Program-made: the position numbers and the translations under genes | Shown: piece by piece, positions 1 to 8,701 of the stretch | Layout: each line of letters begins with the position of its first letter | Position numbering within the stretch: position 1 is the first letter of the stretch | The notes under the pieces: model-generated | The model's input: the letters and a program-made list of their open reading frames with translations, nothing else | The model's database searches: none | Told to the model about the DNA's origin: nothing | DNA from: Nibricoccus sp. | Lineage (GTDB): Bacteria > Verrucomicrobiota > Verrucomicrobiia > Opitutales > Opitutaceae | Direction: 5' to 3' | NCBI GenBank assembly: GCA_047602425.1 | Contig: JASGHG010000001.1 | Span: forward strand, 2,784,001 to 2,848,000 | DNA length: 64,000 nt

Positions 1-1072
1 GATGGCCGCGAGAGGATGGTTGTCGATGTGCGGATGACGACGCGCCGGACAGTTTGCCGCGCAAAACGGCGTAAATTCCGCCTCCGCCCACGAGGGCGAA
101 GACAAAGGGAATAAGGCCAAACCATAAATTTGAGGTAAAGCCCCGGTCGAGCACCGCCGAGGAAGGCTGGGCTGGATCCACGTAGCAGGTGCGCTGGACT
201 CCGGCGGGATATTGGCGCACCGCTTCGGCCTTTCCGTCATAGCCGCTGCTTGAACCAGTGAAGAAATGATAACGATTGGAGGTGTAGGTTCGGTTTTGGT
301 GAGTGTAACGATAGACGATGTCGACACTGTACGTGCTGCCATCGGAGTCGGAATGGGTTCTGACGCGGCTGGAAAGTATTTGGCAAGGGACGGCGGTCCA
401 GTCGCGGGCGGCGGCGATTTGGAAGACGGGGCGAAGGAAGAAACTGTAGCCGATGCCGAGGCCAACCAACAGGAAGATGCTAAAGAAACCGGCCATCACG
501 AAACGGCTTTTTCCGGTATTACGCTCCTTGTTGGAAATGGGAATGGTGGAGCCGTCCTCGGTCTCCAGCTTTTTTCGCCAGAACCAGATGCCCCACAACC
601 CGCCTGCGCCGACAGCGACAAAGATGAGCGGAAATAGCACCAATAATGCGCCGAACGGGCTTTTGCGCATGAGCACGGATTCGGCGCGGTCGCGGGGATT
701 TACCCAGCATGGAACCTGGCTGCCGATGGAGAACTGTTCGGCGAGCTGATACGCGTCGCGGGTTTCGGGCGCTTCAGTGGTGCTATTATAGCGGCGGCTT
801 TCGTACAGCGAGCCGCCGGAAACATAGGAATAGCGAACATGGAAAGTCGGATCGTCGTCGCTGCGGCGCGGCGGTTGGATTTCCGATGCGAGAATGGTGG
901 CCTCGGTTTTCGTCCAACTGAAGGTGGCGAGGTTTTTGGCGGTTTGTTTGACGACCATAACCTCGAAGAAGAGGCCCATGAGAAAGAACACGCTGAAAAA
1001 AAGTGAGCCGGCGATCTTGCCGCCAAGGCCGAGGTTTTTCGCGGTGGAGCTGGTGCTAACGCCGATGACCAT
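1..1072 (-). CDS. Membrane protein with two DUF3592-like domains (3' end runs off the window)
   Basis: Manual translation from ATG at 1072 (MVIGVSTSSTAKNLGLGGKIAGSLFFSVFF...). Open to the window edge, with two TM-hairpin + 'W..T...ILxS.....Y.Y....Y.S..Y.....C.VxP.....xVL' repeats. Absent from the ORF track because it has no stop in the window. Confidence 0.75.
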   Translation of the reverse strand, partial: MVIGVSTSSTAKNLGLGGKIAGSLFFSVFFLMGLFFEVMVVKQTAKNLATFSWTKTEATILASEIQPPRRSDDDPTFHVRYSYVSGGSLYESRRYNSTTEAPETRDAYQLAEQFSIGSQVPCWVNPRDRAESVLMRKSPFGALLVLFPLIFVAVGAGGLWGIWFWRKKLETEDGSTIPISNKERNTGKSRFVMAGFFSIFLLVGLGIGYSFFLRPVFQIAAARDWTAVPCQILSSRVRTHSDSDGSTYSVDIVYRYTHQNRTYTSNRYHFFTGSSSGYDGKAEAVRQYPAGVQRTCYVDPAQPSSAVLDRGFTSNLWFGLIPFVFALVGGGGIYAVLRGKLSGASSSAHRQPSSRGH

Positions 1073-1260
1073 AAGGGGAGGTTAGGCTAAAATTGGGGTG
1101 GGTGGCTAGGAAAAGGCGTTTTGGTACCCAGTTGTTACAGACGAAGAGGTCGGCAAGAAAAATTGCCGGAAGCGCAAGCCCACGGCGGCCCGGGCAGAAA
1201 TAAAAAGCGCGTTGCAGGATGGCAACGCGCGGCAGATTGGGGAGAGCAATAGGTTTGGCT

Positions 1261-1656
1261 TTAAGCCTCGGCAGCGAGGGCGGCGGACGGTCGGAGGCCT
1301 TGCTCGGGCATACTGGGGCCACTGTAGACGGGGCGGAGGCGCTTGGCCCGGGTTTGGGCGGTGGCGATTTTCTCAAGCTCCTTTTGCGTTTCGTCGAGCC
1401 GGGCTGAAAGGCGCTCGTAATGGGCTTGCCGGCTTTTTAGCAACTCGTGCAAACGGAGTTGAATGCTCTTTTCCAAGGTCTGGGCGACGTTGGGTCCGAC
1501 GAGTAGTTCGGCAATCTTGCGCACGAGTGGCATGGCGCGTTGTTGCACGGCGGTGGACTCGACGTAGAAGCCGCTTTCGAACAGAGTCTCCTCTTCGCGG
1601 GTGAGGGTTTCGAGCGCGGTGAGGAGCCGGGCGATGGTCTGGTGCGGGGTCTCCAT
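1261..1656 (-). CDS. FlgN/FliT-like helical flagellar chaperone (putative)
   Basis: 131-aa all-helical protein directly downstream of fliS. Family assignment is by context. Confidence 0.5.
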   Translation of the reverse strand: METPHQTIARLLTALETLTREEETLFESGFYVESTAVQQRAMPLVRKIAELLVGPNVAQTLEKSIQLRLHELLKSRQAHYERLSARLDETQKELEKIATAQTRAKRLRPVYSGPSMPEQGLRPSAALAAEA

Positions 1657-1673
1657 AGGTTGCGGTCGGCGAT

Positions 1674-2108
1674 TCAGGCGACGCCTTGGGCGTGTTTCTG
1701 ACGTTCGGATTCGTGAGCGCAGAGCATTTCAGCCCAGCCATCGCGGAGCTGACGGACGAGGCGTTCGACTTCGTCCACGGGTTCAATTTGCTTCTTAAGA
1801 TTGGCCTCGAAAAGACGGCGGACGTAGTAGTCGTAGAGTCGATCCAAATTGGCGGCGTGATCGCCACCGACCTCGTGGTTCAAGTTGGCCTGCAGCTCGA
1901 CGAGAATGTTCTGAGCTTTGATGAGATTGCTGTTGATGATCTCGATGCGACGCGGCGTTTCCTCGGGTTGTTGCAGGGCATCACGGGCAAGGCCGATGAA
2001 GCGAAGGGCGCCGTCATAAAGCATCAAGACGAGCCGTTCCGGGCTGGCAGTCAGCACCGCCTGGGTTTGATAGCTGCGTGCATATCCTTGGGCCGTTTGC
2101 GGAAGCAT
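1674..2108 (-). CDS. fliS: Flagellin export chaperone FliS
   Basis: Y..Q.V.TASPERLVLMLYDGALRF, KAQNILVELQANLN and NLDRLYDY motifs. Confidence 0.95.
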   Translation of the reverse strand: MLPQTAQGYARSYQTQAVLTASPERLVLMLYDGALRFIGLARDALQQPEETPRRIEIINSNLIKAQNILVELQANLNHEVGGDHAANLDRLYDYYVRRLFEANLKKQIEPVDEVERLVRQLRDGWAEMLCAHESERQKHAQGVA

Positions 2109-2119
2109 GGCAGGGACAC

Positions 2120-2410
2120 TCAGGAGGGGATGGAAAGGTCGCGCGAGTCGACGAAGAGTTTTGCGAGGGACTCGATAATCTGGCGCGGCGGATAAGTGGG
2201 ATCGATGGCGAGGGATTTGCCGCGTGCAACCATCTGGGGACGAATTTCGGAGGTCTGAGCGAGCGCTTCGCGGAGGCTTTGGGTATTCGCGCTGGAAAGC
2301 GTGTCGCGATTGGCGGCTTGGGCCGGTGCGGCGGGCGTCTTCTGGCCGTTCGATTGGGAGAGGGCGTCCGTCCGGAAGAAGCCGGAGGAATTAGACGTAG
2401 GTTGTATCAT
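2120..2410 (-). CDS. FlgM-like small protein (putative anti-sigma-28 factor)
   Basis: 96 aa with a low-complexity N-terminus and a C-terminal 'D.LS......L......EIRPQMV...K....DPTYP' segment resembling FlgM. Upstream of fliS and behind a sigma-28-like promoter. Confidence 0.55.
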   Translation of the reverse strand: MIQPTSNSSGFFRTDALSQSNGQKTPAAPAQAANRDTLSSANTQSLREALAQTSEIRPQMVARGKSLAIDPTYPPRQIIESLAKLFVDSRDLSIPS

Positions 2411-2485
2411 GGAATGTCCAGGAATGAACGGTCAGCCCGAAAGGGAAGCGATACAGGGAACGCCGTTAGTTTTTTGCTAAGCTGT

Positions 2486-2512
2486 AAATCGACGTTTGAG
2501 AGGCGGACTTAA
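2486..2512 (-). promoter_or_regulatory. Sigma-28 (FliA)-type promoter for the flgM-like/fliS operon
   Basis: Minus strand TTAA-N15-GTCGATTT versus consensus TAAA-N15-GCCGATAA. Confidence 0.6.
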
Positions 2513-2621
2513 GGCGAAAATGCCAAGATTTTACAAGTAGCTGCAAAACGACGACTTGGGGTGTTTTCCTTATTTTTAACCGAATGAAAGCAAAGCTTTA
2601 ACGTAGTGCGAAAGCGTTTTC

Positions 2622-3287
2622 TCAACGCGGGGGAAGCGTGGCAAAAGTGGCCGCGGCGACGTAGCCGGCGAAGCGCTCGGGATTTTGCAGAATGGTATGG
2701 CTGAGATTGGTGCGGCCGCGATCGGTGCCCAGTTTTTCGGCGTGGCGGCGGGCGGAGTTGGCGACGGCGGGTTCGGCGGAAGCGAAAAGGTTGTCGGCCG
2801 CCCAGATGATTTCGCTGTTGCTGCTTCGGGCGAGTTTGGTCCGCAGGCCGATGGTCAGCGGGGTGTAGGGCGAGTACGCGGTCACATCGATGAAGAGCAC
2901 GGCATCGGCTCCATAGGAATTATTGAGGCTGAAAAGTTTTTCGAGGAGGACGGCGGGAATATTTTCGACGGAACTGATTTGTCGCAGGCCGGTGAGATTG
3001 GCGAGGGTCTGGCGAGAGAGCGGAACAACCTCGAATTTGGCGGTTCGGCTAAGTTCGGCTTGGCAAACGGTGTCCAGGGTGGCGAGGGTTTCCGCGGTGA
3101 TTTGAGAGCCGCCCCAGACGGGAAGCACGATGACCCGGCGGATTTCGGCGGGAATGCGGGCGACACCGGTAACATTGGCCGGCGTGTAGAAAGGTCCGGT
3201 GACCGCGCCGTCGCGGGACGGAAGGGCGGAGCAGGCGGCGAGGAGGAGAGTGAGCAGGGCCAGGGAAGTGATGCGGAGCAGGCTCAT
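2622..3287 (-). CDS. Lipoprotein, possibly CsgG/FlgT/TolB_N-like fold
   Basis: Signal peptide with lipobox LAAC; alpha/beta pattern 'RRVIVLPV...FEVVPL...GADAVLFIDV'. Confidence 0.6.
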   Translation of the reverse strand: MSLLRITSLALLTLLLAACSALPSRDGAVTGPFYTPANVTGVARIPAEIRRVIVLPVWGGSQITAETLATLDTVCQAELSRTAKFEVVPLSRQTLANLTGLRQISSVENIPAVLLEKLFSLNNSYGADAVLFIDVTAYSPYTPLTIGLRTKLARSSNSEIIWAADNLFASAEPAVANSARRHAEKLGTDRGRTNLSHTILQNPERFAGYVAAATFATLPPR

Positions 3288-3343
3288 GCGGGGATGGTGG
3301 CGATCGGTCTTGAGAGGGGCAAGGCTGCGTCGGAGGCCTAAAA

Positions 3344-5107
3344 TCAGTTATTGTTGGACGATTTCTCGAAGGAGTTTTTCAGGGTCTTGATAATCGACTG
3401 GGCGTTGGATTGCGCGGTCTGCATGGCTTGGAAGCTGGCAGTGAGGCGGGCTTTCTCGGCGTCGAGCCGGCGCTGAATCTGGTCGATTTGTTTATCGATG
3501 CTCGCATTGGAATTGAGCAAACGATCCGACATGGAAGTCAGCGCACCGTTGGACATGCCCGCGTTGCCCGCGAGGCTGGTAAGGTAAGTGTCCATCATCG
3601 CGGAAAAACCGGTGGTCGCGGTGTTGAAGAAGGCGGCGACGTCGTTGGGCTTGCTTTCCAACGCGGTTTGCAGCTTGGCGTTGTCCTTAATGGTGAGCAG
3701 ATTGCTCGTACCGTTGAAATCGATCCCGAGGTCGGCCAGGCGGGAAACGGTGCCTGAAAGCCCGGAAATCGAGGAGAACGCCTTGGCGCGGAGTTTGGAC
3801 GCCCAAGAGTCGATTTCTTTGAAATCGCTGAGCGTGGAAGTGGTAACGGTGCCGTTCTTGACGGTGATGGACGTCTGGAGATCGATGTAGGTCTGAACGG
3901 CGTTATATTTGTCGATAAAGGTTTGGACGGCACTTTTCATCGACGCCGTGTCGCCGGCGACGGTGATGGTCTGGGAGCCTTCGGTGGTGGCTTTGACGGT
4001 GAGGCCGGTGATTCTGGTAAGGCTGCTGGAGAACGTGTTGCTGGCGCTGGTCAGGGTCGAACCACCATTTATCGAAAAAAGGGCGTTTTTTCCGCGCGCG
4101 GTGGCGGCGCCCGAGCTGGTCATGCTCAGGCCGACGGCATCGAGGAAGCCACCGGCGGTTTCGCTAAGGCCGAAGCCCATGTCGCCGGTGGAATTGTTGG
4201 TGAGGACCATGCGGTCCGAGGCGGAGTCGTACGAGGCGGTGACGCCGGCCGAGGAGGCATTGATGCGGGCGATGACGTCGGAAAGGGAATCGGTGTTGAT
4301 GTTGTAGGCGATGGCGGTGCCGTTGATGGAGAACGAACCGTTGCCCGAGCCATCGACCGCGGTGATCGCATTTTTCAGGCGGGAGCTGGCCAGAGGCAAA
4401 GTGGTGCTGGTGGCGCCGAGGGCATTGGCGCTGGAGATGGCGCCGGTGCCGTTATTGGCAAGCTGGGCGGCGGCGAGGAAATTCGAGGAGTCGTTGGCGC
4501 CGCCGAGAATAATTTCCGAACCACTGCTTAGGGATATTTTATCGGTGGCGGAATCATAGCTGCCGGTGACGGCGCCGCTCGTGGCGGTGGAAATTTTGTC
4601 GAAAACGTCCTGGAGCGAGTCGGTCAATGCGACGGTGATGGTGGCGCCATTGACGGTGAAAGTGCCGGCGGTCACCTTGGTCGCGGTCGGCATGGTGGCG
4701 AGGGTGACGCCCGAAACGTCGTTCGTTGCGCTGAGCGATGCGGCGATGTGGCTGGTGCCGGAACGTTTGCTGGCGGTGGCGAGCTGGGTGACGTTGAAAG
4801 TGTAAGCGCCCAAGGTGGCGCCGGTGGCGGCAGTGAGGGACCACGTGGAGTTGGTGGTCGAGGAACTGACGCTGCGACTGGTGAAAAGACCGTTCGCGGA
4901 AAGCGCCTTGGTGGCGGTCTGCAGATCCGTCAGGTTGGTTTTGAGGACGCCGAGCGCGGAAATTTTTTCGCTGTTGATGGATTGTTCGGACTCGAGCTTC
5001 GAGATGGGAGCGCTGTCGATGGCGATGATCTGCTCTACGAAGGTTTGCCAGTCAAAGGAACTGCCGGTGAGCGACGAAGAGAGGGAAGTGGTATTGATCG
5101 CTGTCAT
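3344..5107 (-). CDS. fliD: Flagellar filament cap protein FliD
   Basis: N-terminal FliD motif (DWQTFVEQII..D..PI..L), 'VTQLATA', C-terminal 'FIDKYN', 'LADLGI' and a coiled-coil tail. 587 aa, divergent from the flagellins. Confidence 0.93.
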   Translation of the reverse strand: MTAINTTSLSSSLTGSSFDWQTFVEQIIAIDSAPISKLESEQSINSEKISALGVLKTNLTDLQTATKALSANGLFTSRSVSSSTTNSTWSLTAATGATLGAYTFNVTQLATASKRSGTSHIAASLSATNDVSGVTLATMPTATKVTAGTFTVNGATITVALTDSLQDVFDKISTATSGAVTGSYDSATDKISLSSGSEIILGGANDSSNFLAAAQLANNGTGAISSANALGATSTTLPLASSRLKNAITAVDGSGNGSFSINGTAIAYNINTDSLSDVIARINASSAGVTASYDSASDRMVLTNNSTGDMGFGLSETAGGFLDAVGLSMTSSGAATARGKNALFSINGGSTLTSASNTFSSSLTRITGLTVKATTEGSQTITVAGDTASMKSAVQTFIDKYNAVQTYIDLQTSITVKNGTVTTSTLSDFKEIDSWASKLRAKAFSSISGLSGTVSRLADLGIDFNGTSNLLTIKDNAKLQTALESKPNDVAAFFNTATTGFSAMMDTYLTSLAGNAGMSNGALTSMSDRLLNSNASIDKQIDQIQRRLDAEKARLTASFQAMQTAQSNAQSIIKTLKNSFEKSSNNN

Positions 5108-5153
5108 GACGGGATAGGGATTTGGCGGAGACTACACAATTTGGTTAAGAGCG

Positions 5154-5180
5154 GCATCGTCACAACGGTGGCGAACTTGA
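5154..5180 (-). promoter_or_regulatory. Sigma-28-type promoter for fliD
   Basis: Minus strand TCAA-N15-GACGATGC. Confidence 0.55.
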
Positions 5181-5386
5181 GGGCGCTCGTTGTAAGTGGC
5201 GTTATATAATGCGCTTGCGATGTACGGGGTATTCCCCTGGCAAAAATTAGGGTGGTTCGTCCAGTTCGGGCGGCTTTTTTTTGGGAAAAAGCGCGCGAGA
5301 ATTCCGGCGGGCCGGTTTGTATTTCGAGTTCAACTACGTTCTGGCGAGTGGTTTCGGAGGGAAATGCAAATTTTTTGTTTTTCGAC

Positions 5387-5414
5387 TAAAGGTTTCACCC
5401 CAGACGACCGTTAT
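5387..5414 (+). promoter_or_regulatory. Sigma-28-type promoter for the flagellin array
   Basis: TAAA-N16-ACCGTTAT about 100 bp upstream of flagellin 1. Confidence 0.5.
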
Positions 5415-5473
5415 TTTGTGCATCTGCGATAACCTCGTAGACGGAGCGGCCCGACTCCACCTTCGGTCCCGTC

Positions 5474-5505
5474 GCCACACGGAAGTGGCAGTTTAAATCA
5501 AGGAA
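5474..5505 (+). promoter_or_regulatory. Putative CsrA-binding sites in the flagellin 1 leader
   Basis: Hairpin GCCAC-ACGGAA-GTGGC plus AAGGA overlapping the SD region. Confidence 0.55.
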
Positions 5506-5512
5506 GATCACC

Positions 5513-6277
5513 ATGTCAGTCGTCATTAATACCAATTCCGCCGCCACGATTGCTGCAAACAATCTGGCCGCATCCAGTGGCAACCTCCAAAAGAGCCTCA
5601 ACCGGCTCTCGAGCGGTTCGAAAATCGTTAGTCCGGCGGATGACGCCGGTGGCTTGGCAGTGTCGATGAAATTATCCGCTGCAGCCCGCCGCCAGGGCGC
5701 TATCGCCAACAACATCAGCAACGCCACGGCCTTCTTGCAGACGCAGGACGGCGCCATGAAGGTGTCCAGCAAAGTGCTCGAGCGCATGAGCGAACTCGTC
5801 ACTCTCTACACCGACGTCACGAAATCCAGCAACGACCTTGCTAACTATAACACAGAGTTCACCGCGTTGAACGCCCAGCTCGCCCTTCTCGGCAACGAGC
5901 AGTTCAACAGCAAGAATCTGTTCGGCACCGCGTTGACCGTGGTCGCCAACGACGCCGGCGGCACGATCTCGCTGTCGTCCAAGACCGCTGTGGGTGCGCA
6001 GTTGATCACCAACGGTGCGGGCATCCTAACCGCGATTCAGTCCCTGGCCACCGACCGCGCCGCCAACGGTGCGGAACAGAGCCAGCTGAGCTTCGCTGCG
6101 GACATGGTGACCACCAACAAGGCCAATATCGAAGCCGCCAACAGCCGCATCCTCGATGTGGACGTTGCCGAGGAATCGACCCAGCTGGCGCGTTGGAACA
6201 CCTTGGTTCAGGCTGGCACCTCGATGCTTGCCCAGGCCAACAGTTCCGCGCAGACCGCGCTGAAACTCCTGCAGTAA
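5513..6277 (+). CDS. fliC: Flagellin 1 (254 aa, minimal D0/D1 type)
   Basis: VINTN, LQKSLNRLSSG.KI....DDAGGLA, SRILDVDVAEES and QAGTSMLAQAN flagellin termini. Confidence 0.97.
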   Translation: MSVVINTNSAATIAANNLAASSGNLQKSLNRLSSGSKIVSPADDAGGLAVSMKLSAAARRQGAIANNISNATAFLQTQDGAMKVSSKVLERMSELVTLYTDVTKSSNDLANYNTEFTALNAQLALLGNEQFNSKNLFGTALTVVANDAGGTISLSSKTAVGAQLITNGAGILTAIQSLATDRAANGAEQSQLSFAADMVTTNKANIEAANSRILDVDVAEESTQLARWNTLVQAGTSMLAQANSSAQTALKLLQ

Positions 6278-6576
6278 TACGCAGCCGATCTTCCTTTCGC
6301 AGCCGCCTGATTCGCCAAGTCAGGCGGGCTCGAGGAAGCCGGAGTAGGGGAGAGTCCCCAAGGTTTCAGGTAAGATCACCCGGACGGTGCTTTTCGCCAA
6401 AACTGTACCCAGTCCGTTCCGAAAACAGGTGCGTTCTTTTGATTACCACTAGCAGCCAGTAACCCCTCGCAGGGTGACAATTTCGGGGCTTGTGCCCCAA
6501 AACGGCGTGGTCCGCGCTGAACCAACGGACCCGTGGCGACGACGGACTGTCGCACTCATCAAGGAAAGATACCACT

Positions 6577-7341
6577 ATGTCAGTCGTCATTAATACCAAC
6601 TACGCCGCCACCGTTGCTTCCAACAACTTGGCGATGTCCAGCGCCAGCCTTCAAAAAAGCCTGAACCGGCTCTCGAGCGGTTCGAAAATCGTCAGTCCGG
6701 CGGATGATGCCGGTGGCTTGGCTGTTTCGATGAAATTGTCTGCCGCTTCCCGCCGTCAAGGCGCGATCGCCAACAACATCAGCAACGCCACGGCTTTCCT
6801 GCAGACGCAGGACGGCGCCCAGAAGGTGGCCAGCAAGGTGCTCGAACGCATGAGCGAACTCGCGACCTTGTACACCGACGTTACGAAATCCTCCAGCGAT
6901 CTCGCTAACTACAGCACGGAGTTCACCGCTTTGAACGCCCAGCTGACCCTCCTCAGCAACGAGCAGTTCAACAGCAAAAACATCTTCGGCACCGCGCTCA
7001 CCGTGGTCGCCAACGATGCTGGTGGCACGATCTCGTTGTCCTCGAAGACGGCAGTGGCCGCTCAGGCAATCGGCAGCGGAGCTGCCATCCAGACCGCGAT
7101 TCAGACTCTGGCTACGGACCGCGCCGCCAACGGTGCGGAACAGAGCCAGCTGAGTTTCGCTGCGGATATGGTGACCACCAACAAGGCCAATATCGAAGCC
7201 GCCAACAGCCGCATCCTCGATGTGGACGTTGCCCAGGAATCGACCCAGCTGGCCCGTTGGAACACCTTGGTCCAGGCTGGCACCTCGATGCTCGCCCAGG
7301 CCAACAGTTCCGCGCAGACCGCGCTGAAACTTCTCCAGTAA
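6577..7341 (+). CDS. fliC: Flagellin 2 (254 aa)
   Basis: Paralog of flagellin 1. True start is the ATG at 6577 after AAGGAAAG; the ORF-track start at 6490 lies in the leader. Confidence 0.97.
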   Translation: MSVVINTNYAATVASNNLAMSSASLQKSLNRLSSGSKIVSPADDAGGLAVSMKLSAASRRQGAIANNISNATAFLQTQDGAQKVASKVLERMSELATLYTDVTKSSSDLANYSTEFTALNAQLTLLSNEQFNSKNIFGTALTVVANDAGGTISLSSKTAVAAQAIGSGAAIQTAIQTLATDRAANGAEQSQLSFAADMVTTNKANIEAANSRILDVDVAQESTQLARWNTLVQAGTSMLAQANSSAQTALKLLQ

Positions 7342-7640
7342 CCCACGGTTCTGATCTTCCTTCCCTCGCCGCCTGACTCAAAAACTCGGGCGGCTCAGGG
7401 AGGATGAATCAGGGGGTGGATTATGGAGTGTCTGGTTTGGTTCCCCTCCGGACGATGCTGTCGCCAAAACTGCATCCGGTCCGTTCTGCAAGCAGGTGTG
7501 TTTTTCTGATTACCACTAGCAGCCAGTAACCCTCGCAGGGTGACAATTTCGGGGCGTTTGCTCCAAACGGCGCGGTCCGCGCTGAATCAACGGACTCGTG
7601 GCGACGACGGACGTCGCACTCATCAAGGAAAGATACCACT

Positions 7641-8405
7641 ATGTCAGTCGTTATTAACACCAACTATGCTGCCACAGTTGCGTCCAATAATCTGGCCGCA
7701 TCCAGCAGCAACCTCCAAAAGAGCCTGAACCGGCTCTCCAGCGGTTCCAAGATCGTCAGTCCGGCGGATGATGCCGGTGGCTTGGCCGTGTCGATGAAGT
7801 TGTCCGCCGCTTCCCGCCGTCAAGGCGCGATCGCCAACAACATCAGCAACGCCACGGCCTTCCTGCAAACGCAGGATGGCGCCCAGAAGGTGGCCAGCAA
7901 GGTACTCGAGCGCATGAGCGAACTCGCCACGCTGTATACCGATGTCACGAAATCCAGTAGTGACCTCGCCAACTACAGCACGGAGTTCACCGCGCTGAAT
8001 GCCCAGCTGACCCTCCTCGGTGCTGAGCAGTTCAACAGCAAGAACATCTTTGGTACCGCGCTGAGCGTCGTCGCCAACGATGCCGGTGGCACGATCGCAT
8101 TGACCTCGAAGACCGCGGTCGCTGCGCAAGTGATCACCAACGGAGCCAACATCCAGACCGCGATTCAGACTCTGGCCACGGACCGCGCCGCCAACGGTGC
8201 GGAACAGAGCCAGCTCAGCTTCGCCGCGGATATGGTGACAACCAACAAGGCCAATATCGAAGCCGCCAACAGCCGCATCCTCGATGTGGACGTTGCCGAG
8301 GAATCGACCCAGTTGGCGCGTTGGAACACCTTGGTTCAGGCCGGCACCTCGATGCTCGCCCAGGCCAACAGCTCCGCGCAGACCGCGTTGAAACTGTTGT
8401 CGTAA
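7641..8405 (+). CDS. fliC: Flagellin 3 (254 aa)
   Basis: Paralog of flagellins 1 and 2. Confidence 0.97.
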   Translation: MSVVINTNYAATVASNNLAASSSNLQKSLNRLSSGSKIVSPADDAGGLAVSMKLSAASRRQGAIANNISNATAFLQTQDGAQKVASKVLERMSELATLYTDVTKSSSDLANYSTEFTALNAQLTLLGAEQFNSKNIFGTALSVVANDAGGTIALTSKTAVAAQVITNGANIQTAIQTLATDRAANGAEQSQLSFAADMVTTNKANIEAANSRILDVDVAEESTQLARWNTLVQAGTSMLAQANSSAQTALKLLS

Positions 8406-8701
8406 ACGCAGCCCTGATCTTCCTTTCCTGGCCGCCTGGCTCGCCGAGCCGGGCGGCTGGGGGAGGCGGATAATACAACGGGGAATTATTGGACTGTCAG
8501 GTGCGACCCACCCGGACAGTGTTTTGTCAAAATTGTATTCTTACCGATTCGAAAGACGGTTCCTTCCGTATTGCCGATAGCAACTGGTAATGCCGGTGGG
8601 TTGATACTTTTGAGCCTACGCTCCGAACGGCGCGGTCCGCGCTGAATCAACGGACTCGTGGCGACGACGGACTGTCGCACTCATCAAGGAAAGATACCAC
8701 T

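Noticed and set aside
6490..6576. 29-aa N-terminal extension on flagellin 2 in the ORF track
   Set aside because: The paralogs start at MSVVINTN with an SD just upstream; the extension is conserved leader sequence.
8558..8580. Internal sigma-28 promoter before flagellin 4 (GCCGATAG)
   Set aside because: The -10 box is good but there is no TAAA/TYAAG at the right spacing, and the equivalent positions in the other two spacers are degenerate. Unresolved, so not called.
6278..8701. CRISPR array or known c-di-GMP riboswitch in the flagellin spacers
   Set aside because: The repeats are whole gene+spacer duplications with no repeat-unique-spacer pattern or cas genes. I could not find the GEMM-I (GGCAAA...GAAA...GACGCAAA) consensus by eye.
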